The position numbers and the translations under genes were made by a program. A DNA stretch of 64,000 bases, taken from Myxococcota bacterium. GTDB taxonomy: Bacteria > Myxococcota_A > UBA9042 > PHBI01 > JAWLBL01. Under the pieces are notes generated by a model. That model had not been told where the DNA came from. It saw nothing but the letters and a program-made list of their open reading frames with translations, and searched no databases. The stretch covers positions 96,001 to 160,000 of the forward strand of contig JAWLBL010000004.1 in NCBI GenBank assembly GCA_041687695.1, given 5' to 3'. Positions 25,497-35,357 of the stretch are shown in pieces (position 1 is the stretch's first letter; each line of letters opens with the position of its first letter).

Positions 25497-27170
25497 ATGC
25501 CCAGAACCCACCACAGCCACGGCATCAAGCCCATCCTGGCCATCGTCGGCCGCCCCAACGTGGGCAAGTCGACCCTGTTCAACCGCCTGGTCGGCCGCCG
25601 CATCGCCATCGTCCAGGACATGCCGGGCGTCACGCGCGACCGCCACTACGGTGACGGCGACATGCTGGGCCGGCAGTTCATCTGCATCGACACCGGCGGC
25701 TTCGAGCCCGAGACGACCGACGACATGCTGCAGGCGATGCGCCGGCAGGCCCAGGTCGCCATCGAGGAGGCCGACGTCATCATCGCCGTCTTCGACGGGC
25801 GCGCGGGCCTGCTGCCCGCCGACCGCGAGATCACGCGCATGCTGCAGCGGACCGGCAAGCCGGTGCACTACGCGGTCAACAAGATCGACGGCGCGCGCCA
25901 CGAGGCGCTGGCGGCCGAGTTCTGGGAGCTGGGCGTCGACATGATCTGGTCGATCTCGGCCCAGCACGGCGCGGGCGTGCTCGACCTGATGGAGGTGGTC
26001 ATCGAGGACCTGCCCGAGCTGGTCGACGACGTGCCCGAGGACCTGCCCGAGCACAGCCGCATCGCGGTGGTCGGCAAGCCCAACGCCGGCAAGTCGACCC
26101 TCATCAACCGCATGCTGGGCGAGGACCGCCTGCTCGCCAGCGACGTGCCCGGCACGACCCGCGACAGCATCGACACCTGGCTCGAGCTGCCGCCGGACCG
26201 GCAGGCGATCGCCGCCGCCGAGGCCGCGTTGGCCGAGGCCGAGGTGGCGCTGGCGGCGGGCGACGACGCCGACGAGGACGCGGCCTGGGACGCGCCCGGC
26301 GAGACCGACTTCGAGCTGATCCCGTTCTCGGACGACGAGTGGGAGTCGGGCGAGGCGGCGCAGGGCTGGGAGGACGGCGGCGAGGCCGACTTCGACTGGC
26401 CCGAGGAGGTCGCGGAGGCGGACGCGGCCGAGAGCGACGCGCCGACGGACGAGCAGATCCACGCCGAGCGGCTGGCCGCCCTCGAGCGGGCGCGGCAGCC
26501 GCGGCGCTACCTGCTCATCGACACGGCCGGCGTGCGGCGCCGCAAGTGGATCCGGACGGCGCTCGAGCGGTACAGCATCGTCCAGAGCTTCAAGAGCATC
26601 GACCGGGCCGACGTCGCGCTGCTGATGCTGGACGCGACCAGCGGCGTGACCGACCAGGACGCCAAGCTGGCGGGCCTGGTGCAGGCCAAGGGGCGCGGCG
26701 CCATCATCCTGGTCAACAAGTGGGACGCCGTCCCCGACAAGGACACCTACACGGCGGGCCGCTACGTCAAGGAGCTGCGCGAGGCGCTCAAGTTCATGAG
26801 CTACGCGCCCATCCTGTTCATCTCGGCCCTGTCGGGCCAGCGGGTCCACCGCATCCTGGCGACCGTGGACCGCGTCTCGCACAACCGCGAGCGGCGCGTC
26901 CCGACGGGCGAGCTGAACCGCTTTCTGACCCGGCTGACCCAGAAGTTCCAGCCGCCCAGCCACAAGGGCCGGCGCCTGAACATCTACTACGCGACCCAGG
27001 TGTCGGCCTCGCCGCCGACCTTCCTGCTGGTCGTCAACTACCCCGAGGCCATGCACTTCTCGTACGAGCGGTTCCTGCACAACCGCATCCGCGAGCAGTG
27101 GGACTTCGAGGGCACGCCCATCCGCATCGTCCTGCGGCGCGCCCGCCGAGGCGGCCCGGGCCAGGGCTGA
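25497..27170 (+). CDS. der: Ribosome biogenesis GTPase Der (EngA) with a large acidic insertion in GD2
   Basis: Two GTPase domains (GRPNVGKS...DTGG...NKID; GKPNAGKS...DTAG...NKWD) and C-terminal KH-like domain (PPTF...FEGTPI). Confidence 0.96.
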   Translation: MPRTHHSHGIKPILAIVGRPNVGKSTLFNRLVGRRIAIVQDMPGVTRDRHYGDGDMLGRQFICIDTGGFEPETTDDMLQAMRRQAQVAIEEADVIIAVFDGRAGLLPADREITRMLQRTGKPVHYAVNKIDGARHEALAAEFWELGVDMIWSISAQHGAGVLDLMEVVIEDLPELVDDVPEDLPEHSRIAVVGKPNAGKSTLINRMLGEDRLLASDVPGTTRDSIDTWLELPPDRQAIAAAEAALAEAEVALAAGDDADEDAAWDAPGETDFELIPFSDDEWESGEAAQGWEDGGEADFDWPEEVAEADAAESDAPTDEQIHAERLAALERARQPRRYLLIDTAGVRRRKWIRTALERYSIVQSFKSIDRADVALLMLDATSGVTDQDAKLAGLVQAKGRGAIILVNKWDAVPDKDTYTAGRYVKELREALKFMSYAPILFISALSGQRVHRILATVDRVSHNRERRVPTGELNRFLTRLTQKFQPPSHKGRRLNIYYATQVSASPPTFLLVVNYPEAMHFSYERFLHNRIREQWDFEGTPIRIVLRRARRGGPGQG

Positions 27171-27208
27171 CGTGGAGTCCTGACGGGGCGGGGCTGACCC
27201 AGCGGGGA

Positions 27209-28798
27209 TCAGCCCCGCGTCAGCAGGAAGATCATCGTCACGACGATGGCGGCCGGCGCGACGAAGCGGAGCGAGACGCCGACGACCGCGAGCAGGGCCT
27301 TGCGGTCGCGGCCCAGCTCTTCCGCCAGCACGCGCTGGCCCAGGCCGTAGCCGACGAACACGGCGACTAGCAGGCCGCCCAGCGGCAGGGCCCAGTTCGA
27401 GACCATGTGGTCGAGCAGATCGAAGATGCCGCGCTCGCCGAAGGTGACGTCGCTGAGGACGCTGAACGACAGGGCGCTGAGCACGCCGAAGGCGAAGATG
27501 CCGCCGCCGGCGAGCAGCACCGCGCCCGGGCGCTTCATCCCGCGCTGGTCGATGAGGTGGCTGACGACGACCTCGAGCAGCGACACGGTGGAGGTCAGCG
27601 CGGCGAAGGCCACCAGGACGTAGAAGACGACCAGCAGGATGTTGTCGAGGGGCAGCGTGTCGCCCAGCGGCAGGCGCTGGGCCATGCCGTCGAAGATGGC
27701 GGGGATGGCGACGAAGAGGTTGCCGGCGCCCGAGCCCTCCATGACCAGATCCAGGCTGAAGATGGCGCCGATCATCACGAAGGCGGCGGTGGCGGCGACC
27801 AGGGTGTCGGCCACGGAGACCGCCAGGGCGGCCTTGGGCAGGTCGACGTCCTTGGGCAGGTAGCTGCCGTAGACCAGCATGGCGCCCATGCCGAGCGACA
27901 GCGTGAAGAAGCCGTGTCCGATGGCTTCGAGCACGGCCTCGCCGGTCAGGGTCGAAAAGTCCGGCTTGAACAGGAAGGCGAGGGTGTCGCCGGCGCCACC
28001 CAGCTGGGCGACCTCGACGGCCAGCGCGACCAGCATGACCAGCAGCGCCGGCATCAGGATCTTGGCCGCCCGCTCGATGCCGCCCGACACGCCGCCGGCG
28101 ACGATGCCCATGGTCAGCAGCAGGAAGAACATCAGGAAGCCGACCTGCTTGGTCGGGTTCGAGACGAACTCGCCGAAGAGCTGCCCCGGCAGGATGCGGG
28201 CGCGCCAGGCGTCGACCGCGGCGGCGTCGCCGACGGCGGACAAGGGCAGGGCGGCGGCCGCGGCCTGGTCGAGGCCCTGCTGCTGCGCGAAGGCCTGGAT
28301 GACGGCGGCGTCGCTGACCTGCGACAGGTCGTCGAACTGGCCGGTCGCCGCCTTGCCGACGTACTCGACCGTCCAGCCGGCCACGACCCCGTAGTAGCTG
28401 AGGAGCACGAAGCCGGTGACGACGAAGAGCAGCCCGGCCAGCCACCATGGCGTGCGCGGCTTGAGGGCGTGGAAGGCCGCCACGGGCGAGCGCTGGGTGC
28501 GGCGGCCGACGAGCAGCTCGGCCATCATCACGGGCAAGCCGATGAGGGCGATGGCGCCGAGGTAGACCAGGATGAAGGCCCCGGCGCCGGCCCGGCCGGT
28601 GGCGCCTCCGCCGTACTCGTAGGCGATGTAGGGGAACTTCCAGAGGTTCCCCAGGCCCACGGCGCTGCCGGCGGCCGCCAGGACGAAGCCCAGGCGGCTG
28701 TTCCAGTGGCCGCGGCCGTTTTGGGTGTCGCCGCTGTCGGCCGAAGTCGCGTCGTCGGCGTTCACGCGCCCCTCCGGGGCCGGTCCCTGGGTGCTCAT
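27209..28798 (-). CDS. Sodium-dependent transporter, NSS/SNF family
   Basis: WNSRLGFVLAAAGSAVGLGNLWKFPY, FFTLSLGMG, YGSY, AALTSTVSLLE. Multiple TM helices. Confidence 0.93.
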   Translation of the reverse strand: MSTQGPAPEGRVNADDATSADSGDTQNGRGHWNSRLGFVLAAAGSAVGLGNLWKFPYIAYEYGGGATGRAGAGAFILVYLGAIALIGLPVMMAELLVGRRTQRSPVAAFHALKPRTPWWLAGLLFVVTGFVLLSYYGVVAGWTVEYVGKAATGQFDDLSQVSDAAVIQAFAQQQGLDQAAAAALPLSAVGDAAAVDAWRARILPGQLFGEFVSNPTKQVGFLMFFLLLTMGIVAGGVSGGIERAAKILMPALLVMLVALAVEVAQLGGAGDTLAFLFKPDFSTLTGEAVLEAIGHGFFTLSLGMGAMLVYGSYLPKDVDLPKAALAVSVADTLVAATAAFVMIGAIFSLDLVMEGSGAGNLFVAIPAIFDGMAQRLPLGDTLPLDNILLVVFYVLVAFAALTSTVSLLEVVVSHLIDQRGMKRPGAVLLAGGGIFAFGVLSALSFSVLSDVTFGERGIFDLLDHMVSNWALPLGGLLVAVFVGYGLGQRVLAEELGRDRKALLAVVGVSLRFVAPAAIVVTMIFLLTRG

Positions 28799-28817
28799 CC
28801 GTCGTCCCGTCGTGGTC

Positions 28818-29375
28818 TCAGTAGCTGAAGACGCTGTAGGTCAGCGTGATGTCGAACGGGCCCGTCGTGTCGTCGAGATCCGTCAGCAGGGCGAAGTAGC
28901 GCCCGACCAGTCCGACGCTCCAGTCGCGCGAGGGGCGGTAGTCGAAGCCGAGCCCGGCGTGCACGCTGAGGTCCAGGGCCGGACCGTCGCCGCCCGCGTA
29001 CGCGTCGGGGCCCGAGGTCCGCAGCAGCCCGCCGACGCCGGCGGCCAGGAAGGGCACCCACTCGAGCGCGTCGAGGATGTAGCGCGCTTCGCCGAAGGCC
29101 TGGGCGACGCCCTCGAGGTCGGGATCGCCGCCGAAGGCCACGCCGCCCCGCGCCGCGGCGCCGAGCTGCCAGAAGTCGGTCAGGGCGTAGCGCCAGCCCA
29201 CGTGCAGCAGGGGCGCCTGGCGGGTCAGATCCTCGTCGGCGACGTCGGTCACCCACGCCAGGCCCGCCAGGCCGAAGGACCAGGTGGTCTCTCCCTCTTC
29301 GGCGTGGGCGCGGGGCAGGGGGGAGGCGACGAGCATCGCGGCGACCAACGTCGCGCGCGCACCGCGGCGGGGCAT
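28818..29375 (-). CDS. Small outer-membrane beta-barrel protein
   Basis: Signal peptide ending AHA-E, alternating aromatic beta strands (VPFLAAGVGG, HAGLGFDY), C-terminal YSVFSY. Confidence 0.7.
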   Translation of the reverse strand: MPRRGARATLVAAMLVASPLPRAHAEEGETTWSFGLAGLAWVTDVADEDLTRQAPLLHVGWRYALTDFWQLGAAARGGVAFGGDPDLEGVAQAFGEARYILDALEWVPFLAAGVGGLLRTSGPDAYAGGDGPALDLSVHAGLGFDYRPSRDWSVGLVGRYFALLTDLDDTTGPFDITLTYSVFSY

Positions 29376-29531
29376 GGGTCCTCCAGCTGAGGGGTTTGGG
29401 GGAGCGGGTCGCTTATAGGAATGCCCGCCGGGTATGTCAACGCGGCCCCCGGTTGACAAGGGCGAGGGCGTTGGCTTAAGTGGCGCCCCTTGCGCAGCGG
29501 CCCCCACTCCAGGGGGCCTTCGGAGGCGAGT

Positions 29532-30329
29532 GTGGCGAAGAAGATGAAGCGCATGTCGAAGGAGGAGCTGCGGGCCCCCGACCAGGTCGAGGTGGCGCTG
29601 CGGACCACCTGGGAGCGGCTGTCGGACCACCGCAACAAGCTGCTCGGCGCGCTGGCCGTGGTCATCGTCGCCGGCGTCGGGCTGTCGGTCTGGCAGAGCT
29701 CCAAGCGCGCGGACACCCAGGCGCGCGCCGAGGCGCTGCGCAAGGCCATGGCCCCGCTCAACGCGCCCATCGGCCCGCCCGACCCGGCCGTCGATCCGGC
29801 GACCACCGTGCCGCTCGAGCGCTTCGACACCCGCGAGGCCGCGCTCGCCGCCGCCGAGGAGCGCCTGAGCGCCTTCCTGCAGGCCCACGGCGATGCCCCG
29901 GACGCGCTGCCCGCCCGGTTCGCCCGCGCCAGCGCCCTGCTCGGCCAGAAGAAGGCCGCCGAGGCCGCCAAGGAGCTCGAGGCCGTCGTCGCCGAGGCCG
30001 GCGACTCGGCCCTGCGCGCCCCGGCGCTCGAGAAGCTCGCGCAGGCCTACGTGCTCTCCGGCGATCGCGCCAAGGCCGTCGAGACCTACACCAAGCTGGT
30101 CGACGGCTCGAAGGGCACCCTGCGCGCGCTGGCCCTCATCGCGCTGGGCGACCTCCACCACCCGCTGGTCGTGCAGGGCGGCGACGTGGCGCAGGCCCGC
30201 AAGTACTACGACGAGGCGAAGACCGTGCTCGGCCCCAAGCCGGCCACCGACCCGAACGACATCTTCGCCCAGTTCAGCGAGCCGGCCATCTACGCCGAGC
30301 TCGACCGCAAGCTGTCGACCCTGCCCTGA
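29532..30329 (+). CDS. YfgM-like membrane-anchored TPR protein
   Basis: GTG start after GGAGG. KEELRAPD motif, single TM helix, TPR-like helices. Lies directly upstream of a BamB-like gene. Confidence 0.7.
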   Translation: MAKKMKRMSKEELRAPDQVEVALRTTWERLSDHRNKLLGALAVVIVAGVGLSVWQSSKRADTQARAEALRKAMAPLNAPIGPPDPAVDPATTVPLERFDTREAALAAAEERLSAFLQAHGDAPDALPARFARASALLGQKKAAEAAKELEAVVAEAGDSALRAPALEKLAQAYVLSGDRAKAVETYTKLVDGSKGTLRALALIALGDLHHPLVVQGGDVAQARKYYDEAKTVLGPKPATDPNDIFAQFSEPAIYAELDRKLSTLP

Positions 30330-30418
30330 CGGTCGCGTCGCCGCGGGGGCAGAGCATTGACTCCGCCCCGCGGCTCGTTTGGGATGGGCGCTGACCCGGA
30401 CACGGAGCCCTGCCCCCC

Positions 30419-31558
30419 ATGAAGCCGCCCCTGCCGCTCGCCCTGTGCAGCGCCCTCGCGGGTGCGCTCGGCCTCTTCGCCTGTGGCATCGTCCAGCCCA
30501 TCGGCGAGTGGCCGACGCCGCGGATCGCGACCGACTGGGGGCACCGGTTGTACGCGCTCGAGGCCTTCGCCTATGGGCCGCGCGAACGCGGCGTGCCGCT
30601 GTACGTCGAGGGACCCGCCGCCCCGACCGGCGGGATGGTCGTGGTGCCGTCCCGCGAGCGGCACGTGCGCGCGCTGGACGCCCACGGCGCGCTGCTGTGG
30701 CGCGCCGAGACCCAGGGTCCCAACGTGGCGCAGCCGGTGGTCCTGGGCGAGGACGTCCTGGTGGCCTCGATGAGCGGCCGGGTCCACCGCCTGCAGCAGC
30801 GCAACGGGCGCGCGGTCTGGGTCAGCGACGCGCCGGCCGCGTCGATCCTCTCCGAGCCGCTGGTCCTGGGCGAGCGCCTCTTCGTCACCAGCATCGACAA
30901 CCGCATCACCGCCCTGTCGGCCGAGACCGGCGCCCGCCTGTGGGACCAGCGGCGGCCGCACCCGGGCGAGTTCAGCGTGACCGGGCAGGCCGGCGTGACC
31001 GCGCTGAACGCCGACACCGTCGTCACGGGCTTCTCCGACGGGCGGCTGGTCGCCTACGCGGCCGCCGACGGCGCGACGGTCTGGATGGCCGATCTGGGCG
31101 GCGACGAGACCGAGTTCGTGGACGTGGACACGACCCCCATCCTGGCGGGGGACGTGCTGATCGCGGGCAACTACGCGACGGGCCTGTACGGGCTGGACCC
31201 GGCGACCGGCGACGTGAAGTGGCGGGTCGAGGGGCGCGCGTTCCTGACGCCGACCCTCTTCGAGGGCACGCTGTACGCGCCGCAGGCCACGGGCCGGGTC
31301 CTGGCCATAGACGCGGCCACCGGCGCGGTGCAGTGGACGCTGCGGGTCGAGCACGGGGCCCCTTCGACCCCCGCGGTCACGCGGCGCTACGTGCTGGTGC
31401 CCATCGACACCAGCCTGCTGCTGCTCGAGCGCGGCACCGGCCGCACCCTGACGCGCTTCACGGACACCCACGGGTTCTCGGCGACGCCCGAGCTGGCGCC
31501 GGGCACCGTGTACGCCCAGAGCAACAGCGGCATGCTGTACGCGCTGGGCCTGTACTGA
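30419..31558 (+). CDS. PQQ-like beta-propeller lipoprotein (BamB-like)
   Basis: Lipobox LFAC-G and repeated ALDxxTGxxxW blades. Confidence 0.8.
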   Translation: MKPPLPLALCSALAGALGLFACGIVQPIGEWPTPRIATDWGHRLYALEAFAYGPRERGVPLYVEGPAAPTGGMVVVPSRERHVRALDAHGALLWRAETQGPNVAQPVVLGEDVLVASMSGRVHRLQQRNGRAVWVSDAPAASILSEPLVLGERLFVTSIDNRITALSAETGARLWDQRRPHPGEFSVTGQAGVTALNADTVVTGFSDGRLVAYAAADGATVWMADLGGDETEFVDVDTTPILAGDVLIAGNYATGLYGLDPATGDVKWRVEGRAFLTPTLFEGTLYAPQATGRVLAIDAATGAVQWTLRVEHGAPSTPAVTRRYVLVPIDTSLLLLERGTGRTLTRFTDTHGFSATPELAPGTVYAQSNSGMLYALGLY

Positions 31559-31699
31559 CGCGCCCGAAGGCCTGGACCGGCACGGCCCCGACGCGCTCGC
31601 CCATGGCGGCGAGCGTGACGAAGGCCCCAACCAATAGTGGCTTTGGGCGCGCGCTCCGGCTTTACTACCCGCCTTCCCACGCGAGCTGGAGAGGTCGGG

Positions 31700-32944
31700 A
31701 TGCGGGTCGAGGGCGTGACGAGGGCGGCGTTGGCCGCGTGCATGGTGCTGGGGCTGGGGGCCGCTTGCGGCGGTGACGAGGGCGGCGGGACGCCGGCCGG
31801 CGACACGGCGACCGGGGGCGACACCGGCAAGGACGGGACCCAGACGGGATCCGACGCGACGGCCGACGCGGGGCCCGACGCGGCGCCGGTCGTGCCGCTG
31901 TGCACGTCGGAAGACGACTGCGCCGAGCAGTCGGGGACGATCTGCTCGTGCAACGGCACCTGCGTGGTGCCCGAGGGCAACGCCTGCGCGACCAACAAGA
32001 ACTGCCCGCCGGGGATGTGGTGCGACCCGTGCCTGGGCCGCTGCGCCAGCCGGGTCGAGCTGTGCGACCCGTGCGCGCTGTCGGGGGCCTGCCAGGACGG
32101 CGCGTGCTTCCCGCTGGCCTCGGGGCAGACGGTCTGCGGGCTGGACTGCATCTCGGACGTGGGGTGCCCGACCGGGTTCGGCTGCGTCGCGGCCGAGGGG
32201 CTCGCGGCCAAGCAGTGTGTGCCCGTCAGCGGCAGCTGCGTGGATCTCGGGCTGTGCGGCGACGACGGGGACTGCCCCGACGGGCAGGTCTGCAACGACA
32301 GCCTCAAGCAGTGCGCGCCGGGGTGCCAGGACGACGACTCCTGCGCGGGCGACCTGGTCTGCGTGGCGGCGCGCTGCGTCGCGCCGTGCGCGACCAACGC
32401 GGACTGCGTCGCGCCGGCCGAGTGCACCGACAGCGGCCGCTGCAAGGTGCCGGGCTCGTGCGAGGGCTCGGACGAGTGCCTCGAGGCCGAGACCTACTGC
32501 AACAAGAAGTCGGGCATGTGCGAGCCGGGGTGCCTGGTGGACGCGGACTGCAAGGACGCGGCGAAGATCTGCGAGGGCAAGGCCTGCGTGCCCAAGGGCT
32601 GCGAGCACAACTTCCAGTGCGCCTTCGAGCAGGAGTGCGACAAGGCGACCGGTCAGTGCATCCCGATGACCAAGGACCACTGCGCGACCTGCGTCGCCGA
32701 CCAGGAGAACCAGTGCGGCGGCGACCCCAACCTGTGCGTGACCTTCAGCGAGAAGGATCAGGAGACGGGGCAGGACGTCGAGAAGGGCGACTTCTGCATC
32801 CTGCCCTGCGAGCCGGACCCCATCGACCAGTGCCCGCAGGGCTACGGCTGCCAGAAGGTCGAGATGCAGGACCAGAGCGGGGCGACGACCGAGGCCTTCT
32901 ACTGCATCCGCAGCTGCTGGCAGAAGCCGGTCGGGGCGCCCTGA
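31700..32944 (+). CDS. Cys-rich repeat lipoprotein
   Basis: Lipobox GAAC-GG and many CxxDxDCxxGxVC repeats. Confidence 0.8.
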   Translation: MRVEGVTRAALAACMVLGLGAACGGDEGGGTPAGDTATGGDTGKDGTQTGSDATADAGPDAAPVVPLCTSEDDCAEQSGTICSCNGTCVVPEGNACATNKNCPPGMWCDPCLGRCASRVELCDPCALSGACQDGACFPLASGQTVCGLDCISDVGCPTGFGCVAAEGLAAKQCVPVSGSCVDLGLCGDDGDCPDGQVCNDSLKQCAPGCQDDDSCAGDLVCVAARCVAPCATNADCVAPAECTDSGRCKVPGSCEGSDECLEAETYCNKKSGMCEPGCLVDADCKDAAKICEGKACVPKGCEHNFQCAFEQECDKATGQCIPMTKDHCATCVADQENQCGGDPNLCVTFSEKDQETGQDVEKGDFCILPCEPDPIDQCPQGYGCQKVEMQDQSGATTEAFYCIRSCWQKPVGAP

Positions 32945-33058
32945 GCGGCGTCGCCTGAGACGAGCGAGGGCCGGGCGCGGCGTCATGCCGCATCCGGCCC
33001 TCGTGCATGGCTCCGCGGCGCGCGGCGCCCCTGTCGGACACCGCGCGCGCAGACTGGA

Positions 33059-34369
33059 TCAGTGGCGCGGCGCCTCGCCGTACAGATCGAGGCCGGGCGC
33101 GACCTCGGCGCCTTCGACCTTCTTGGCGCGCTTGCGCTTCTTGTCGCCGTTGGCCTCGGCCTCCTCGGGCTCGGCGGCCGCCGGGGCGGGGTCGCTGGCC
33201 GGGGACGCGGCCTCGGCCGTGGCGGGCTCGGCGGTCTGCTCGGTGACGATCGGCGCGGCCGGCGTCACCACCTCGGGGACCCAGGCGTCGCGGTGCGTCT
33301 CGGCGGCGACGTGCTCGAGGGCGGCCGCCTCGTGGGCGATCATGTCGTCGAGCTCGCCCGAGATCTTGCGCAGGATGGCCTGCCGCTCGTGGAAGGGCAG
33401 GAAGGCCGACTTGAAGCCGTTGATGACCAGCTGCTTGAGGTCGGTCGCGTCGAAGCCGAAGGTCTCGACCGCGCGGGTGTACTCGGTGGTGACGGTGGTG
33501 TCCGTGACCAGGCGGTTGTCGGTGTTGATGGTCACCCGCACGCCGAAGTCGTAGTAGAACTTCAGCGGGTGGTTCTTGAAGTCGGTGACGGCGCGCGTCT
33601 GCACGTTCGAGGTCAGGCAGATCTCGAGCGGGATGCGGTGGTCGTTGACGTAGTTCAGCAGGTCGCCGCTCTCGCGCAGCCGCGTGCCGTGGCCGATGCG
33701 GTGGGCGCCGCACAGGTGGATGGCCTGGTGGATGCTCTCGGGGCCGTAGGCCTCGCCCGCGTGGATGGTCGAGTTGACGTTGTTGTTGCGGATGAGGCTG
33801 AAGGCCTCGCGGTGCTGCTTGGCCGGGTAGTCGTACTCGGCGCCCGCCAGATCGAAGCCGACCACGCCCTTGTTCTTGTAGGCGACGGCCAGCTCGGCGA
33901 GGCGCATGCTCTGCTCGGGCGCGATGTGACGGATGCCGCAGATGATGAGGTTGCAGCGGATGTCGTAGTCGCGCCGGGCGTCGTGCAGGCCCTCGAGCAC
34001 CGACTCGACGACCCGCGTCATCGCCAGGTTCTTGCGCGTGTGGAAGATGGGGGCGTAGCGGACCTCCATCAGCCGGACGTTCTCCTTGGCGGCGTCCTCG
34101 GCCAGCTCGTAGGCGGCGCGGTACAGGGCGTACTCGTCCTGCAGGACCGACAGGGTGACGTCGAAGGCCTTGAGGTAGTCCGTGAGATCTTTACAGATCT
34201 CGCCCATGTGGATCGCCTTGGCGAGGTCCGCCTCGTTGTCGGCGGGCAGGTCGACCTCGAAGCGCTCGGCGAGCTCCAGGATGGTCTTGAGCCGCATGGA
34301 CCCGTCGAGGTGGACGTGCAGATCCGTCTTGGGCAGCTTGTGGATGAACGCTTGGGAGGGGGTGAACAT
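33059..34369 (-). CDS. add: Adenosine deaminase with low-complexity C-terminal extension
   Basis: LPKTDLHVHLDGS, GFDLAGAE, TIHAGE, RIGHG, LEICLTSN, TINTDN. Confidence 0.93.
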   Translation of the reverse strand: MFTPSQAFIHKLPKTDLHVHLDGSMRLKTILELAERFEVDLPADNEADLAKAIHMGEICKDLTDYLKAFDVTLSVLQDEYALYRAAYELAEDAAKENVRLMEVRYAPIFHTRKNLAMTRVVESVLEGLHDARRDYDIRCNLIICGIRHIAPEQSMRLAELAVAYKNKGVVGFDLAGAEYDYPAKQHREAFSLIRNNNVNSTIHAGEAYGPESIHQAIHLCGAHRIGHGTRLRESGDLLNYVNDHRIPLEICLTSNVQTRAVTDFKNHPLKFYYDFGVRVTINTDNRLVTDTTVTTEYTRAVETFGFDATDLKQLVINGFKSAFLPFHERQAILRKISGELDDMIAHEAAALEHVAAETHRDAWVPEVVTPAAPIVTEQTAEPATAEAASPASDPAPAAAEPEEAEANGDKKRKRAKKVEGAEVAPGLDLYGEAPRH

Positions 34370-34496
34370 GCTCTCTTTCCTGTTCCTTCATCGGATTTCG
34401 ATTCGGGACAGGGTAGGGGGAGCGGTCACCCCGGGCAAGGCCCAGGCGAAGGTCGCGCCGGCCGAAAGCGAGCGCCCTCGGCCGGCGCGGTCGGGT

Positions 34497-35234
34497 CTAC
34501 TGCCCTTCGCAGTCCACCTGATCACAGGTGTCGAGCGCGACGATCTTGGTCACCTTGTCGCCAGCGCCCAGGTTGATGCCGCTCACCTGGCCGCGGGCGA
34601 CCTTGGTGCCGGACGTGCTCAGGCCGTAGCCGAGCACGACCATGCCCTCGATGGGCTCGAGGTCCTCGAAGAGCGCGCCCGCGGTGGTCTCGCCGTCCTC
34701 GGGGTCCGGGAAGGTCGCGTCGCAGTCGACCGTCTGCGTGCGGCCAGCCAGCTCCTTGCCCTGGGAATCGAACAGCGTCACCTCGACGCGATCGATGTTG
34801 CTGGTCGCGCACTTCCCGCCCGGCAGCGTCCAGTCGACGATCAGCGCGGCCGGCTTCTCCTCGAGACGCAGCTGCGGGCTCTCCGCGGTCTTGCCGCTCG
34901 ACACCGTCAGGCTCGTGGATTCGATGAGCCAGGTGCCCTTGTCCGTCGCGTCGAAGCCCTCGACGACCACCTTGTACTTGGCGGGCGTCAGCTCGTCGAT
35001 CGTCAGCGTGCCGGACGAGCCGTTGGCCGGGCAGTCGGCCGAGACCGTGTTCTCGAGGGTCGTGCCGCGGTAGGCCCGCGCCTCGATCCGGGTCAAGTGC
35101 AGGCTGCCGCAGGTCGCGACGGGGCCCAGGGTCCACTTGACGTCGATGGCGCCCGGCGCGGCCGGGGCGTCGTCCCCGCAGCCAAGGGCCGGCAGCAGGG
35201 TGAGGGCGAACAACACGTAGGCGACGTGCTTCAT
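34497..35234 (-). CDS. Hypothetical lipoprotein with two similar beta-sandwich halves
   Basis: MKHVAYVLFALTLLPALGC lipobox. Repeated (I/V)xWTL...C...xRI/VE unit. Confidence 0.7.
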   Translation of the reverse strand: MKHVAYVLFALTLLPALGCGDDAPAAPGAIDVKWTLGPVATCGSLHLTRIEARAYRGTTLENTVSADCPANGSSGTLTIDELTPAKYKVVVEGFDATDKGTWLIESTSLTVSSGKTAESPQLRLEEKPAALIVDWTLPGGKCATSNIDRVEVTLFDSQGKELAGRTQTVDCDATFPDPEDGETTAGALFEDLEPIEGMVVLGYGLSTSGTKVARGQVSGINLGAGDKVTKIVALDTCDQVDCEGQ

Positions 35235-35357
35235 CGTCGATGGCTCCAGTCGGTCGGGAGGTGCGGTGGGACGTTGTGCTCGATGGCGCGGTAGGAGCAA
35301 GGAATTTCAAGGGTTTTTTTGCGCCGCAGCGCCGCTGGGGACAGACTATCCCGAACC

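Noticed and set aside
26187..26501. Intein in Der
   Set aside because: No N-terminal Cys/Ser block and no C-terminal His-Asn followed by Cys/Ser/Thr. The insert is low-complexity and acidic.
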